Positions 11,301-25,800 of a stretch of DNA of 64,000 bases are shown here, piece by piece. The stretch is from contig OZ024742.1 in NCBI GenBank assembly GCA_964016885.1, forward strand, positions 163,804,001 to 163,868,000. The letters are read 5' to 3'. The stretch is from Eledone cirrhosa. Lineage: Eukaryota. The first letter of the stretch is position 1. Every line of letters begins with the position of its first letter. A program made the translations under genes and the position numbers. The notes below the pieces were generated by a model. The model was not told the origin of the DNA and did not search any database. It saw only the letters and a list, made by a program, of their open reading frames with translations.

Positions 11301-13800
11301 TGGAAATTATCTCCCCTTGGACGGCTGGAAATTATCTCCCCTTGCACGGCTGGAAATTATCTCTCCTCGGACGGCTAGAAATTACCTCTCCTTGGACGGC
11401 TGAAAATTATCTCCCCTTGGACGGCTGGAAATTATCTCCCCTTGATTTTTTTTACAAATTATCTCCCCCTGATTTTTTTTTACAAATTATCTCCCCCTGA
11501 TTTTTTTTTACAAATTATCTCCCCCTCATTTTTTTTTACAAATCATCCACCCCTGATTTTTTTACAAATTATCTCCCCTTGGCTGGCTGGAAATTATCTC
11601 CCCTTGGAGGCTGGAATTTATCTGCCCTTGGACGGCTAGAAATTACCTCGCTTTGGACGGTTGGAAAATATGTCTCCTTGGACGGCTGGAAATTATCTCC
11701 CCTTGGACGGCTGGAAATTATCTCCCCTTGGACGGCTGGAAATTATCTCCCCTTGGACGGCTAGATATTACCTCCCCTTGGACGGCTGGAAATTATCTCC
11801 CCTTGATTTTTTTTACAAATTATCTCCCCCTGATTTTTTTTTACAAATTATCTCCCCCTGATTTTTTTTACGAATTATCTCCCCCTGATTTTTTTTTACA
11901 AATTATCTCCGCCTGATTTTTTTTTAAAAATTATCTCCCCTTGAACGGCTGGAAATTATCTCCCCTTGGACGGCTGGAAATTATCTCCCCTTGGACGGCT
12001 AGAAATTACCTCTCCTTGGACGGCTGAAAATTATCTCCCATTGGACGGCTGCAAATTATCTCCCCTTGATTTTTTTAACAAATTATCTCCCCCTGATTTT
12101 TTTTTACAAATTATCTCCCCCTGATTTTTTTTTACAAATTATCTACGCCTAATTTTTTTTACAAATTATCTCCCCCTGATTTTTTTTACAAATTATCTCC
12201 CCCTGATTTTTTTTACAAATTATCTCCCCCTGATTTTTTTTTACAAATTATCTCCCCCTGATTTTTTTACAAATTATCTCCCCCCTGATTTTTTTTACAA
12301 TCTCCGCCTGATTTTTTTAAAAATTATCTTCCCTTGGCTGGCGGGAAATTATCTCCCCTTGGACGGCTGGAAATTATATCCCCTTGGAAGGATGGAAATT
12401 ATCTCCCCTTGGACCGCTGGAAATTATCTCCCCTTGTACGGCTGGAAATTATCTCCCCTTGGACAGCTGGAAATTATCTGCCCTTGATTTTGTTTTTACA
12501 AATTATCTCCCCCTGATTTTTTTTACAAATTATCTCCACCTGATTTTTTAAAAAATTATCTCCCCTTGGACGGCTGGAAATTATCTCCCCTTGATTTTTT
12601 TTACAAATTATCTCCCCCTGATTTTTTTTTACAAATTATCTCCCCCTGATTTTTTTTTACAAATTATCTTCGCCTGATTTTTTTTAAAAATTACCTCTCC
12701 TTGGACGGCTGGATATTATCTCCCTTTTCATTTTTTTTACAAATTATCTCCCCCTGATTTTTTTTTACAAATTATCTCCCCCTGATTTTTTTTTACAAAT
12801 TATCTACCCCTGATTTTTTTTTACAAATTATCTCCCCCTGATTTTTTTTACAAATTATCTCCCCCTGATTTTTTTTTTACAAATTATCTCCCCCTGATTT
12901 TTTTACAAATTATCTCCCCCTGATTTTTTTTACAAATTATCTCCGCCTGATTTTTTTAAATATTATCTTCCCTTGGCTGGCGGGAAATTATCTCCCCTTG
13001 GACGGCTGAAAATTATCTCCCCTTGGACGGCTGGAAATTATCTCCCCTTGATTTTTTTTACAAATTATCTCCCCCTAATTTTTTTTTACAAATTATCTCC
13101 CCCTGATTTTTTTTTACAAATTATCCCCCTGATTTTTTTTTACAAATTATCTCCCCCTGATTTTTTTTACAAATTATCTCCCCATGATTTTTTTACAAAT
13201 TATCTCCCCTTGGCTGGCTGGAAATTATCTCCCCTTGGAGGCTGGAATTAATCTCCCCTTGGACGGCTAGAAATTACCTCTCCTTGGACGGCTGGAAAAT
13301 ATGTCTCCTTGGACGGCTGGATATTATCTACCCTTGGACGGCTGGAAATTATCTCCCCTTGGACGGCTGGAAATTATCTCCCCTTGGACGGCTAGATATT
13401 ACCTCCCCTTGGACGGCTGGAAATTATCTCTCCTTGGACGGCTAGAAATTACCTCTCCTTGGACGGCTGAAAATTATCTCCCCTTGGACGGCTGGAAATT
13501 ATCTCCCCTTGATTTTTGTTACAAATTATCTCCCCCTGATTTTTTTTTACAAATTATCTCCCCCTGATTTTTTTTTACAAATTATCTCCCCCTGATATTT
13601 TTTACAAATTATCTCCCCCTGATTTTTTTACAAATTATCTCCCCTTGGCTGGCTGGAAATTATCTCCCCTTGGAGGCTGGAATTTATCTCCCCTTGGACG
13701 GCTAGAAATTACCTCTCCTTGGACGGCTAGAAAATATGTCTCCTTGGACGGCTGGAAATTATCTCCCCTTGGACGGCTGGAAATTATCTCCTCTTGGACG
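8356..13800 (+). repeat. ~5.4-kb divergent satellite block not repeated as a unit in the window
   Basis: Lacks the GCAGTA and TACCCTTGCAC markers and carries many private substitutions. It accounts for the difference between the 21011 offset and the 15574 period. Confidence 0.75.
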
Positions 13801-13820
13801 GCTGGAAATTATCTCCCCTT

Positions 13821-16800
13821 GGGCGGCTAGATATTACCTCCCCTTGGACTACTGGAAATTATCTCCCCTTGATTTTTTTTACAAATTATCTCCCCCTGAT
13901 TTTTTTTTACAAATTATCTCCCCCTGATTTTTTTTACGAATTATCTCCGCCTAATTTTTTTTTTAAAATGATCTCCCCTTGGACGGCTGGAAATTATCTG
14001 CCCTTGGACGGCTGGAAATTATCTCCCCTTGGACGGCTAGAAATTACCTCTCCTTGGACGGCTGAAAATTATCTCCCCTTGGACGGCTGCAAATTATCTC
14101 CCCTTGATTTTTTTAACAAATTATCTCCCCCTGATTTTTTTTACAAATTATCTCCCCCTGATTTTTTTAACAAATTATCTACGCCTAATTTTTTTTACAA
14201 ATTATCTCCCCCTGATTTTTTTTTTACAAATTATCTCCCCCTGATTTTTTTTTTACAAATTATCTCCCCCCTGATTTTTTTTACAATCTCCGCCTGATTT
14301 TTTTAAAAATTATCTTCCCTTGGCTGGCGGGAAATTATCTCCCCTTGGACGGCTGGAAATTATATCCCCTTGGAAGGATGGAAATTATCTCCCCTTGGAC
14401 GGCTGGAAATTATCTCCCCTTGGACGGCTAGAAATTATCTCCCCTTGGACAGCTGGAAATTATCTGCCCTTGATTTTGTTTTTACAAATTATCTCCCCCT
14501 GATTTTTTTTACAAATTATCTCCACCTGATTTTTTAAAAAATTATCTCCCCTTGGACGGCAGTAAATTATCTCTCCTTGGCTGGAAATTATCTCCCCTTG
14601 GACGGCTAGAAATTATCTCTATTTGGACGGCTGGAAATTATCTCCCTTTGATTTTTTTTACAAATTATCTCCCTCTGATTTTTTTACAAATCTCCCCCTG
14701 ATTTTTTTTTACAAATTATCTCCCCCTGATTTTTTTTTTACAAATTATCTCCGCCTGATTTTTTTTTTAAATTATCTCCCCTTGGACGGCTGGAAATTAT
14801 CTCCCCTTGGACGGCTGGAAATTATCTCCCCTTGGACGGCTAGAAATTACCTCTCCTTGGACGACTGAAAATTATCTCCCCTTGGACGGCTGCAAATTAT
14901 CTCCCCTTGGACGGCTGGAATTTATCTCCCCTTGGACGGCTGGAAATTATCTCCCCTTGGAGGCTAGAAATTACCTCTCCTTGGACGGCTGAAAATTATC
15001 TCCCCTTGGACGGCTGGAAATTATCTCCCCTTGATTTTTTTACAAATTATCTCCCCCTGATTCTTTTTTACAAATTATCTCCCCCTGATTTTTTTTACAA
15101 ATTATCTCCCCCTGATTTTTTTTTACAAATTATCACCCCCTGATTTTTATTTACAAATTATCTTCCCCTGATTTTTTTTTACAAATTATCTCCCTGAATT
15201 TTTACCAATTATCTCCCCATGATTTTTTTACAAATTATCTCCCCTGATTTTTTTACAAATTATCTCCGCCTGATTTTTTAAAAAATTATCTTCCCTTGGC
15301 TGGCGGGAAATTATCTCCCCTTGGACGGCTGGAAATTATCTACCCTTGCACGGCTGGAAATTATCTCCCCTTGGACGGCTAGAAATTACCTCTCCTTGGA
15401 CGGCTGAAAATTATCTCCCCTTGGACGGCTGGAAATTATCTCCCCTTGGCTGGAAATTATCTCCCCTTGGACGGCTAGAAATTATCTCTCTTTGGACGGC
15501 TGGAAATTATCTCCCCTTGATTTTTATTACAAATTATCTCCCCCTGATTTTTAAAAAAAAAATTATCTCCCCTTCGCTGGCTGGAAATTATCTTCCCTTG
15601 GACGGCTGGAAATTATCTCCCTTTGATTTTTTTACAAATTATCTCCCCCTGATTTTTTTTACAAATATTCTCCCCCTGATTTTTTTTTACAAATTATCTC
15701 CCTCTGATTTTTTTTTACAAATTATCTCCGCCTGATTTTTTTAAAAAAATTATCTCCCCTTGGACGGCTGGAAATTATCTCCCCTTGGACGGCTGGAAAT
15801 TATCTCCCCTTGGACGGCTAGAAATTACCTCTCCTTGGACGGCTGAAAATTATCTCCCCTTGGACGGCTGCAAATTATCTCCCCTTGATTTTTTTTACAA
15901 ATTATCTCCCCCTGATTTTTTTTTACAAATTATCTCCCCCTGATTTTTTTTACAAATTATCTACCCCTGATTTTTTTTACAAATTATCTTCCCCTGATTT
16001 TTTTTTACAAATTATCTCCCCCTGATTTTTTTTTACAAATTATCTCCCCCTGATTTTTTTTCTACAAATTATCTCCCCCTGATTTTTTTACAAATTATCT
16101 CCCCCTGATTTTTTTACAATCTCCGCCTGATTATTTTAAAAATTATCTTCCCTTGGCTGGCGGGAAATTATCTCCCCTTGGACGGCTGGAAATTATCTCC
16201 CCTTGGAAGGATGGAAATTGTCTCCCCTTGGACGGCCGGAAATTATCTCCCCTTGCACGGCTGGAAATTATCTCCCCTTGGACAGCTGGAAATTATCTGC
16301 CCTTGATTTTGTTTTTACAAATTATCTCCCCCTGATTTTTTTTACAAATTATCTCCACCTGATTTTTTAAAAAATGATCTCCCCTTGGACGGCTGGAAAT
16401 TATCTACCCTTGGCTGGAAATTATCTCCCCTTGGACGGCTAGAAATTATCTCTCTTTGGACGGCTGGAAATTATCTCCCTTTGATTTTTTTTTACAAACT
16501 ATCTCCCTCTGATTTTTTTTACAAATTTCCCCCTGATTTTTAAAAAAAAATTATCTCCCCTTCGCTGGCTGGAAATTATCTCCCCTTGGACACTGGAAAT
16601 TATAGCCCCTTGGAGGGCTGGAAATTATCTTCCCTTGGACGGCCGGATATTATCTCCCCTTGATTTTTTTTACAAATTATCTCCCCCTGATTTTTTTTTA
16701 CAAATTATCTCCCCCTGATTTTTTTTTACAAATTATCTCCGCCTGATTTTTTTTTAAAATTATCTCTCCTTGTACGGCTGGAAATTATCTCCCCTTGATT

Positions 16801-19800
16801 TTTTTTACAAATTATCTCCCCCTGATTTTTTTTTACAAATTATCTCCTCCTGATTTTTTTTTACAAATTATCTACCCCTGATTTTATTTTACAAATTATC
16901 TCCCCCTGATTTTTTTTACAAATTATCTCCCCCTGATTTTTTTTACAAATTATCTCCGCCTAATTTTTTTAAATATTATCTTTCCTTGGCTGGCGGGAAA
17001 TTATCTCCCCTTGGACGGCTGAAAATTATCTCCCCTTGGACGGCTGGAAATTATCTCCCCTTGATTTTTTTACAAATTATCTCCCCCTGATTATTTTTTA
17101 CAAATTATCTCCCCCTGATTTTTTTTTACAAATTATCTCCCCCTGATTTTTTTTACAAATTATCTCCCCCTGATCTTTTTACAAATTATCTCCCCTTGGC
17201 TGGCTGGAAATTATCTCCCCTTGATTTTTTTTACAAATTATCTCCCCCTGATTTTTTTTACAAATTATCTCCCCCTGATTTTTTTACAAATTATCTCCCC
17301 CTGATTTTTTTTACAAATTATCTCCGCCTAATTTTTTTAAATATTATCTTCCCTTGGCTGGCGGGAAATTATCTCCCCTTGGACGGCTGAAAATTATCTC
17401 CCCTTGGACGGCTGGAAATTATCTCCCCTTGATTTTTTTTACAAATTATCTCCCCCTGATTATTTTTTACAAATTATCTCTTCCTGATTTTTTTTACAAA
17501 TTATCTCCCCCTGATCTTTTTACAAATTATCTCCCCTTGGCTGGCTGGAAATTATCTCCCCTTGGAGGCTGGAATTTATCTCCCATTGGACGGCTAGAAA
17601 ATACCTCTCCTTGGACGGCTGGAAAATATGTCTCCTTGGACGGCTGGAAATTATCTCCCCTTGGACGGCTGGAAATTATCTCCCCTTGGACGGCTGGAAA
17701 TTATCTCTCCTTGGACGGCTAGAAATTACCTCTCCTTGGACGGCTGAAAATTATCTCCCCTTGGACGGCTGGAAATTATCTCCCCTTGATTTTTGTTACA
17801 AATTATCTCCCCCTGATTTTTTTTTACAAATTATCTCCCCCTGATTTTTTTTACAAATTATCTCCACCTGATATTTTTTACAAATTATCTCCCCCTGATT
17901 TTTTTACAAATTATCTCCCCTTGGCTGGCTGGAAATTATCTCCCCTTGGAGGCTGGAATTTATCTCCCCTTGGACGGCTAGAAATTACCTATCCTTGGAC
18001 GGCTAGAAAATATGTCTCCTTGGACGGCTGGAAATTATCTCCCCTTGGACGGCTGGAAATTATCTCCTCTTGGACGGCTGGAAATTATCTCCCCTTGGGC
18101 GGCTAGATATTACCTCCCCTTGGACTACTGTAAATTATCTCCCCTTGATTTTTTTTACAAATTATCTCCCCCTGATTTTTTTTTACAAATTATCTCCCCC
18201 TGATTTTTTTTTTACGAATTATCTCCGCCTAATTTTTTTTTAAAAATGATCTCCCCTTGGACGGCTGGAAATTATCTGCCCTTGGACGGCTGGAAATTAT
18301 CTCCCCTTGGACGGCTAGAAATTACCTCTCCTTGGACGGCTGAAAATTATCTCCCCTTGGACGGCTGCAAATTATCTCCCCTTGATTTTTTTAACAAATT
18401 ATCTCCCCCTGATTTTTTTTACAAATTATCTCCCCCTGATTTTTTTTACAAATTATCTACGCCTAATTTTTTTTACAAATTATCTCCCCCTGATTTTTTT
18501 TTAAAATTATCTGCCCCTGATTTTTTTTTTACAAATTATCTCCCCCCTGATTTTTTTTACAATCTCCGCCTGATTTTTTTAAAAATTATCTTCCCTTGGC
18601 TGGCGGGAAATTATCTCCCCTTGGACGGCTGGAAATTATATCCCCTTGGAAGGATGGAAATTATCTCCCCTTGGACGGCTGGAAATTATCTCCCCTTGGA
18701 CGGCTGGAAATTATCTCCCCTTGGACAGCTGGAAATTATCTGCCCTTGATTTTGTTTTTACAAATTATCTCCCCCTGATTTTTTTTACAAATTATCTCCA
18801 CCTGATTTTTTTAAAAATTATCTCCCCTTGGACGGCAGTAAATTATCTCTCCTTGGCTGGAAATTATCTCCCCTTGGACGGCTAGAAATTATCTCTATTT
18901 GGACGGCTGGAAATTATCTCCCTTTGATTTTTTTTACAAATTATCTCCCTCTGATTTTTTTACAAATCTACCCCTGATTTTTTTTTACAAATTATCTCCC
19001 CCTGATTTTTTTTTTACAAATTATCTCCGCCCGATTTTTTTTTAAAATTATCTCCCCTTGGACGGCTGGAAATTATCTCCCCTTGGACGGCTGGAAATTA
19101 TCTCCCCTTGGACGGCTAGAAATTACCTCTCCTTGGACGACTGAAAATTATCTCCCCTTGGACGGCTGCAAATTATCTCCCCTTGGACGGCTGGAATTTA
19201 TCTCCCCTTGGACGGCTGAAAATTATCTCCCCTTGGACGGCTGGAAATTATCTCCCCTTGATTTTTTTACAAATTATCTCCCCCTGATTCTTTTTTACAA
19301 ATTATCTCCCCCTGATTTTTTTTTACAAATTATCTCCCCCTGATTTTTTTTTAAAAATTATCACCCCCTGATTTTTATTTACAAATTATCTTCCCCTGAT
19401 TTTTTTTTACAAATTATCTCCCAGAATTTTTACCAATTATCTCCCCATGATTTTTTTACAAATTATCTCCCCTGATTTTTTTACAAATTGTCTCCGCCTG
19501 ATTTTTTTAAAAATTATCTTACCTTGGCTGGCGGGAAATTATCTCCCCTTGGACGGCTGGAAATTATCTACCCTTGCACGGCTGGAAATTATCTCCCCTT
19601 GGACGGCTAGAAATTACCTCTCCTTGGACGGCTGAAAATTATCTCCCCTTGGACGGCTGGAAATTATCTCCCCTTGGCTGGAAATTATCTCCCCTTGGAG
19701 GGCTAGAAATTATCTCTCTTTGGACGGCTGGAAATTATCTCCCCTTGATTTTTATTACAAATTATCTCCCCCTGATTTTTTAAAAAAAAATTATCTCCCC

Positions 19801-22800
19801 TTCGCTGGCTGGAAATTATCTTCCCTTGGACGGCTGGAAATTATCTCACCTTGATTTTTTTACAAATTATCTCCCCCTGATTTTTTTTACAAATATTCTC
19901 CCCCTGATTTTTTTTTACAAATTATCTCCCTCTGATTTTTTTTTACAAATTATCTCCGCCTGATTTTTTTGAAAAAATTATCTCCCCTTGGACGGCTGGA
20001 AATTATCTCCCCTTGGACGGCTGGAAATTATCTCCCCTTGGACGGCTAGAAATTACCTCTCCTTGGACGGCTGAAAATTATCTCCCCTTGGACGGCTGCA
20101 AATTATCTCCCCTTGATTTTTTTTACAAATTATCTCCCCCTGATTTTTTTTTACAAATTATCTCCCCCTGATTTTTTTTACAAATTATCTCCCCCTGATT
20201 TTTTTTACAAATTATCTCCGCCTGATTTTTTTAAATATTATCTTGCCTTGGCTGGCGGGAAATTATCTCCCCTTGGACGGCTGAAAATTATCTCCCCTTG
20301 GACGGCTGGAAATTATCTCCCCTTGATTTTTTTTACAAATTATCTCCCCCTAATTTTTTTTTACAAATTATCTCCCCCTGATTTTTTTTTACAAATTATC
20401 CCCCTGATTTTTTTTTACAAATTATCTCCCCCTGATTTTTTTTACAAATTATCTCCCCATGATTTTTTTACAAATTATCTCCCCTTGGCTGGCTGGAAAT
20501 TATCTCCCCTTGGAGGCTGGAATTAATCTCCCCTTGGACGGCTAGAAATTACCTCTCCTTGGACGGCTGGAAAATATGTCTCCTTGGACGGCTGGATATT
20601 ATCTACCCTTGGACGGCTGGAAATTATCTCCCCTTGGACGGCTGGAAATTATCTCCCCTTGGACGGCTAGATATTACCTCCCCTTGGACGGCTGGAAATT
20701 ATCTCCCCTTGAATTTTTTTACAAATTATCTCCCCCTGATTTTTTTTACAAATTATCTCCCCCTGATTTTTTTACAAATTATCTCCCCCTGATTTTTTTT
20801 ACAAATTATCTCCGCCTAATTTTTTTAAATATTATCTTCCCTTGGCTGGCGGGAAATTATCTCCCCTTGGACGGCTGAAAATTATCTCCCCTTGGACGGC
20901 TGGAAATTATCTCCCCTTGATTTTTTTACAAATTATCTCCCCCTGATTATTTTTTACAAATTATCTCTTCCTGATTTTTTTTACAAATTATCTCCCTCTG
21001 ATTTTTTTTACAAATTATCTCCCCCTGATCTTTTTACAAATTATCTCCCCTTGGCTGGCTGGAAATTATCTCCCCTTGGAGGCTGGAATTTATCTCCCAT
21101 TGGACGGCTAGAAAATACCTCTCCTTGGACGGCTGGAAAATATGTCTCCTTGGACGGCTGGAAATTATCTCCTCTTGGAAGGCTGGAAATTATCTCCCCT
21201 TGGGCGGCTAGATATTACCTCCCCTTGGACTACTGGAAATTATCTCCCCTTGATTTTTTTTACAAATTATCTCCCCCTGATTTTTTTTTACAAATTATCT
21301 CCCCCTGATTTTTTTTTACGAATTATCTCCGCCTAATTTTTTTTTAAAAATGATCTCCCCTTGGACGGCTGGAAATTATCTGCCCTTGGACGGCTGGAAA
21401 TTATCTCCCCTTGGACGGCTAGAAATTACCTCTCCTTGGACGGCTGAAAATTATCTCCCCTTGGACGGCTGCAAATTATCTCCCCTTGATTTTTTTAACA
21501 AATTATCTCCCCTGATTTTTTTTACAAATTATCTCCCCCTGATTTTTTTTACAAATTATCTACGCCTAATTTTTTTTACAAATTATCTCCTCCTGATTTT
21601 TTTTACAAATTATCTCCCCCTGATTTTTTTTTTACAAATTATCTCCCCCCTGATTTTTTTTACAATCTCCGCCTGATTTTTTAAAAAATTATCTTACCTT
21701 GGCTGGCGGGAAATTATCTCCCCTTGGACGGCTGGAAATTATATCCCCTTGGAAGGATGGAAATTATCTCCCCTTGGACGGCTGGAAATTATCTCCCCTT
21801 GGACGGCTGGAAATTATCTCCCCTTGGACAGCTGGAAATTATCTGCCCTTGATTTTGTTTTTACAAATTATCTCCCCCTGATTTTTTTTACAAATTATCT
21901 CCACCTGATCTTTTAAAAAATTATCTCCCCTTGGACGGCAGTAAATTATCTCTCCTTGGCTGGAAATTATCTCCCCTTGGATGGCTAGAAATTATCTCTA
22001 TTTGGACGGCTGGAAATTATCTCCCTTTGATTTTTTTTACAAATTATCTCCCTCTGATTTTTTTACAAATCTTCCCCTGATTTTTTTTAAAAATTATCTC
22101 CCCTTGGACGGCTGGAAATTATCTCCCCTTGGACGGCTGGAAATTATCTCCCCTTGGACGGCTAGAAATTACCTCTCCTTGGACGACTGAAAATTATCTC
22201 CCCTTGGACGGCTGCAAATTATCTCCCCTTGGACGGCTGGAATTTATCTCCCCTTGGAGGGCTGGAAATTATCTCCCCTTGGAGGCTAGAAATTACCTCT
22301 CCTTGGACGGCTGAAAATTATCTCCCCTTGGACGGCTGGAAATTATCTCCCCTTGATTTTTTTACAAATTATCTCCCCCTGATTTTTTTTTACAAATTAT
22401 CTCCCCCTGATTTTTTTTTACAAATTATCTCCCCCTGATTTTTTTTTACAAATTATCACCCCCTGATTTTTATTTACAAATTATCTTCCCCTGATTTTTT
22501 TTTACAAATTATCTCCCTGAATTTTTACCAATTATCTCCCCATGATTTTTTTACAAATTATCTCCCCTGATTTTTTTACAAATTATCTCCGCCTGATTTT
22601 TTTAAAAATTATCTTCCCTTGGCTGGCAGGAAATTATCTCCCCTTGGACGGCTGGAAATTATCTACCCTTGCACGGCTGGAAATTATCTCCCCTTGGACG
22701 GCTAGAAATTACCTCTCCTTGGACGGCTGAAAATTATCTCCCCTTGGACGGCTGGAAATTATCTCCCCTTGGCTGGAAATTATCTCCCCTTGGACGGCTA

Positions 22801-25800
22801 GAAATTATCTCTCTTTGGACGGCTGGAAATTATCTCCCCTTGATTTTTATTACAAATTATCTCCCCCTGATTTTTAAAAAAAAAATTATCTCCCCTTCGC
22901 TGGCTGGAAATTATCTTCCCTTGGACGGCTGGAAATTATCTCCCCTTGATTTTTTTACAAATTATCTCCCCCTGATTTTTTTTACAAATATTCTCCCCCT
23001 GATTTTTTTTTACAAATTATCTCCCTCTGATTTTTTTTTACAAATTATCTCCGCCTGATTTTTTTAAAAAAATTATCTCCCCTTGGACGGCTGGAAATTA
23101 TCTCCCCTTGGACGGCTGGAAATTATCTCCCCTTGGACGGCTAGAAATTACCTCTCCTTGGACGGCTGAAAATTATCTCCCCTTGGACGGCTGCAAATTA
23201 TCTCCCCTTGATTTTTTTTACAAATTATCTCCCCCTGATTTTTTTTTACAAATTATCTCCTCCTGATTTTTTTTTACAAATTATCTACCCCTGATTTTTT
23301 TTACAAATTATCTCCCCCTGATTTTTTTTTACAAATTATCTCCCCCTGATTTTTTTTTACAAATTATCTCCCCCTGATTTTTTTTCTACAAATTATCTCC
23401 CCCTGATTTTTTTACAAATTATCTCCCCCTGATTTTTTTTACAATCTCCGCCTGATTATTTTAAAAATTATCTTCCCTTGGCTGGCGGGAAATTATCTCC
23501 CCTTGGACGGCTGGAAATTATCTCCCCTTGGAAGGATGGAAATTGTCTCCCCTTGGACGGCTGGAAATTATCTCCCCTTGCACGGCTGGAAATTATCTCC
23601 CCTTGGACAGCTGGAAATTATCTGCCCTTGATTTTGTTTTTACAAATTATCTCCCCCTGATTTTTTTTACAAATTATCTCCACCTGATTTTTTAAAAAAT
23701 TATCTCCCCTTGGACGGCTGGAAATTATCTCCCCTTGATTTTTTTTACAAATTATCTCCCCCTGATTTTTTTTTACAAATTATCTCCCCCTGATTTTTTT
23801 TTACAAATTATCTTCGCCTGATTTTTTTTAAAAATTATCTCTCCTTGGACGGCTGGATATTATCTCCCCTTTCATTTTTTTTACAAATTATCTCCCCTTT
23901 CATTTTTTTTACAAATTATCTCCCCCTGATTTTTTTTTACAAATTATCTCCCCCTGATTTTTTTTTACAAATTATCTACCCCTGATTTTTTTTTACAAAT
24001 TATCTCCCCCTGATTTTTTTTACAAATTATCTCCCCCTGATTTTTTTTTTACAAATTATCTCCCCCTGATTTTTTTACAAATTATCTCCCCCTGATTTTT
24101 TTTACAAATTATCTCCGCCTGATTTTTTTAAATATTATCTTCCCTTGGCTGGCGGGAAATAATCTCCCCTTGGACGGCTGAAAATTATCTCCCCTTGGAC
24201 GGCTGGAAATTATCTCCCCTTGATTTTTTTTACAAATTATCTCCCCCTAATTTTTTTTTACAAATTATCTCCCGTGATTTTTTTTTACAAATTATCTCCC
24301 CCTGATTTTTTTTTACAAATTATCTCCCCCTGATTTTTTTTACAAATTATCTCCCCATGATTTTTTTACAAATTATCTCCCCTTGGCTGGCTGGAAATTA
24401 TCTCCCCTTGGAGGCTGGAATTAATCTCCCCTTGGACGGCTAGAAATTACCTCTCCTTGGACGGCTGGAAAATATGTCTCCTTGGACGGCTGGATATTAT
24501 CTACCCTTGGACGGCTGGAAATTATCTCCCCTTGGACGGCTGGAAATTATCTCCCCTTGGACGGCTAGATATTACCTCCCCTTGGACGGCTGGAAATTAT
24601 CTCGCCTTGATTTTCTTTACAAATTATCTCCCCCTGATTTTTTTTACAAATTATCTCCCCCTGATTTTTTTACAAATTATCTCCCCCTGATTTTTTTTAC
24701 AAATTATCTCCGCCTAATTTTTTTAAATATTATCTTACCTTGGCTGGCGGGAAATTATCTCCCCTTGGACGGCTGAAAATTATCTCCCCTTGGACGGCTG
24801 GAAATTATCTCCCCTTGATTTTTTTTACAAATTATCTCCCCCTGATTATTTTTTACAAATTATCTCTTCCTGATTTTTTTTACAAATTATCTCCCCCTGA
24901 TTTCTTTTACAAATTATCTCCCCCTGATCTTTTTACAAATTATCTCCCCTTGGCTGGCTGGAAATTATCTCCCCTTGGAGGCTGGAATTTATCTCCCATT
25001 GGACGGCTAGAAATTACCTCTCCTTGGACGGCTGGAAAATATGTCTCCTTGGACGGCTGGAAATTATCTCCCCTTGGACGGCTGGAAATTATCTCCCCAT
25101 GGACGGCTGGAAATTATCTCTCCTTGGACGGCTAGAAATTACCTCTCCTTGGACGGCTGAAAATTATCTCCCCTTGGACGGCTGGAAATTATCTCCTCTT
25201 GATTTTTGTTACAAATTATCTCCCCCTGATTTTTTTTTACAAATTATCTCCCACTGATTTTTTTTTACAAATTATCTCCCCTGATATTTTTTACAAATTA
25301 TCTCCCCCTGATTTTTTTACAAATTATCTCCCCTTGGCTGGCTGGAAATTATCTCCCCTTGGAGGCTGGAATTTATCTCCCCTTGGACGGCTAGAAATTA
25401 CCTCTCCTTGGACGGCTAGAAAATATGTCTCCTTGGACGGCTGGAAATTATCTCCCCTTGGACGGCTGGAAATTATCTCCTCTTGGACGGCTGGAAATTA
25501 TCTCCCCTTGGGCGGCTAGATATTACCTCCCCTTGGACTACTGGAAATTATCTCCCCTTGATTTTTTTTACCAATTATCTCCCCCTGATTTTTTTTTACA
25601 AATTATCTCCCCCTGATTTTTTTTACGAATTATCTCCGCCTAATTTTTTTTAAAAAATGATCTCCCCTTGGACGGCTGGAAATTATCTGCCCTTGGACGG
25701 CTGGAAATTATCTCCCCTTGGACGGCTAGAAATTACCTCTCCTTGGACGGCTGAAAATTATCTCCCCTTGGACGGCTGCAAATTATCTCCCCTTGATTTT

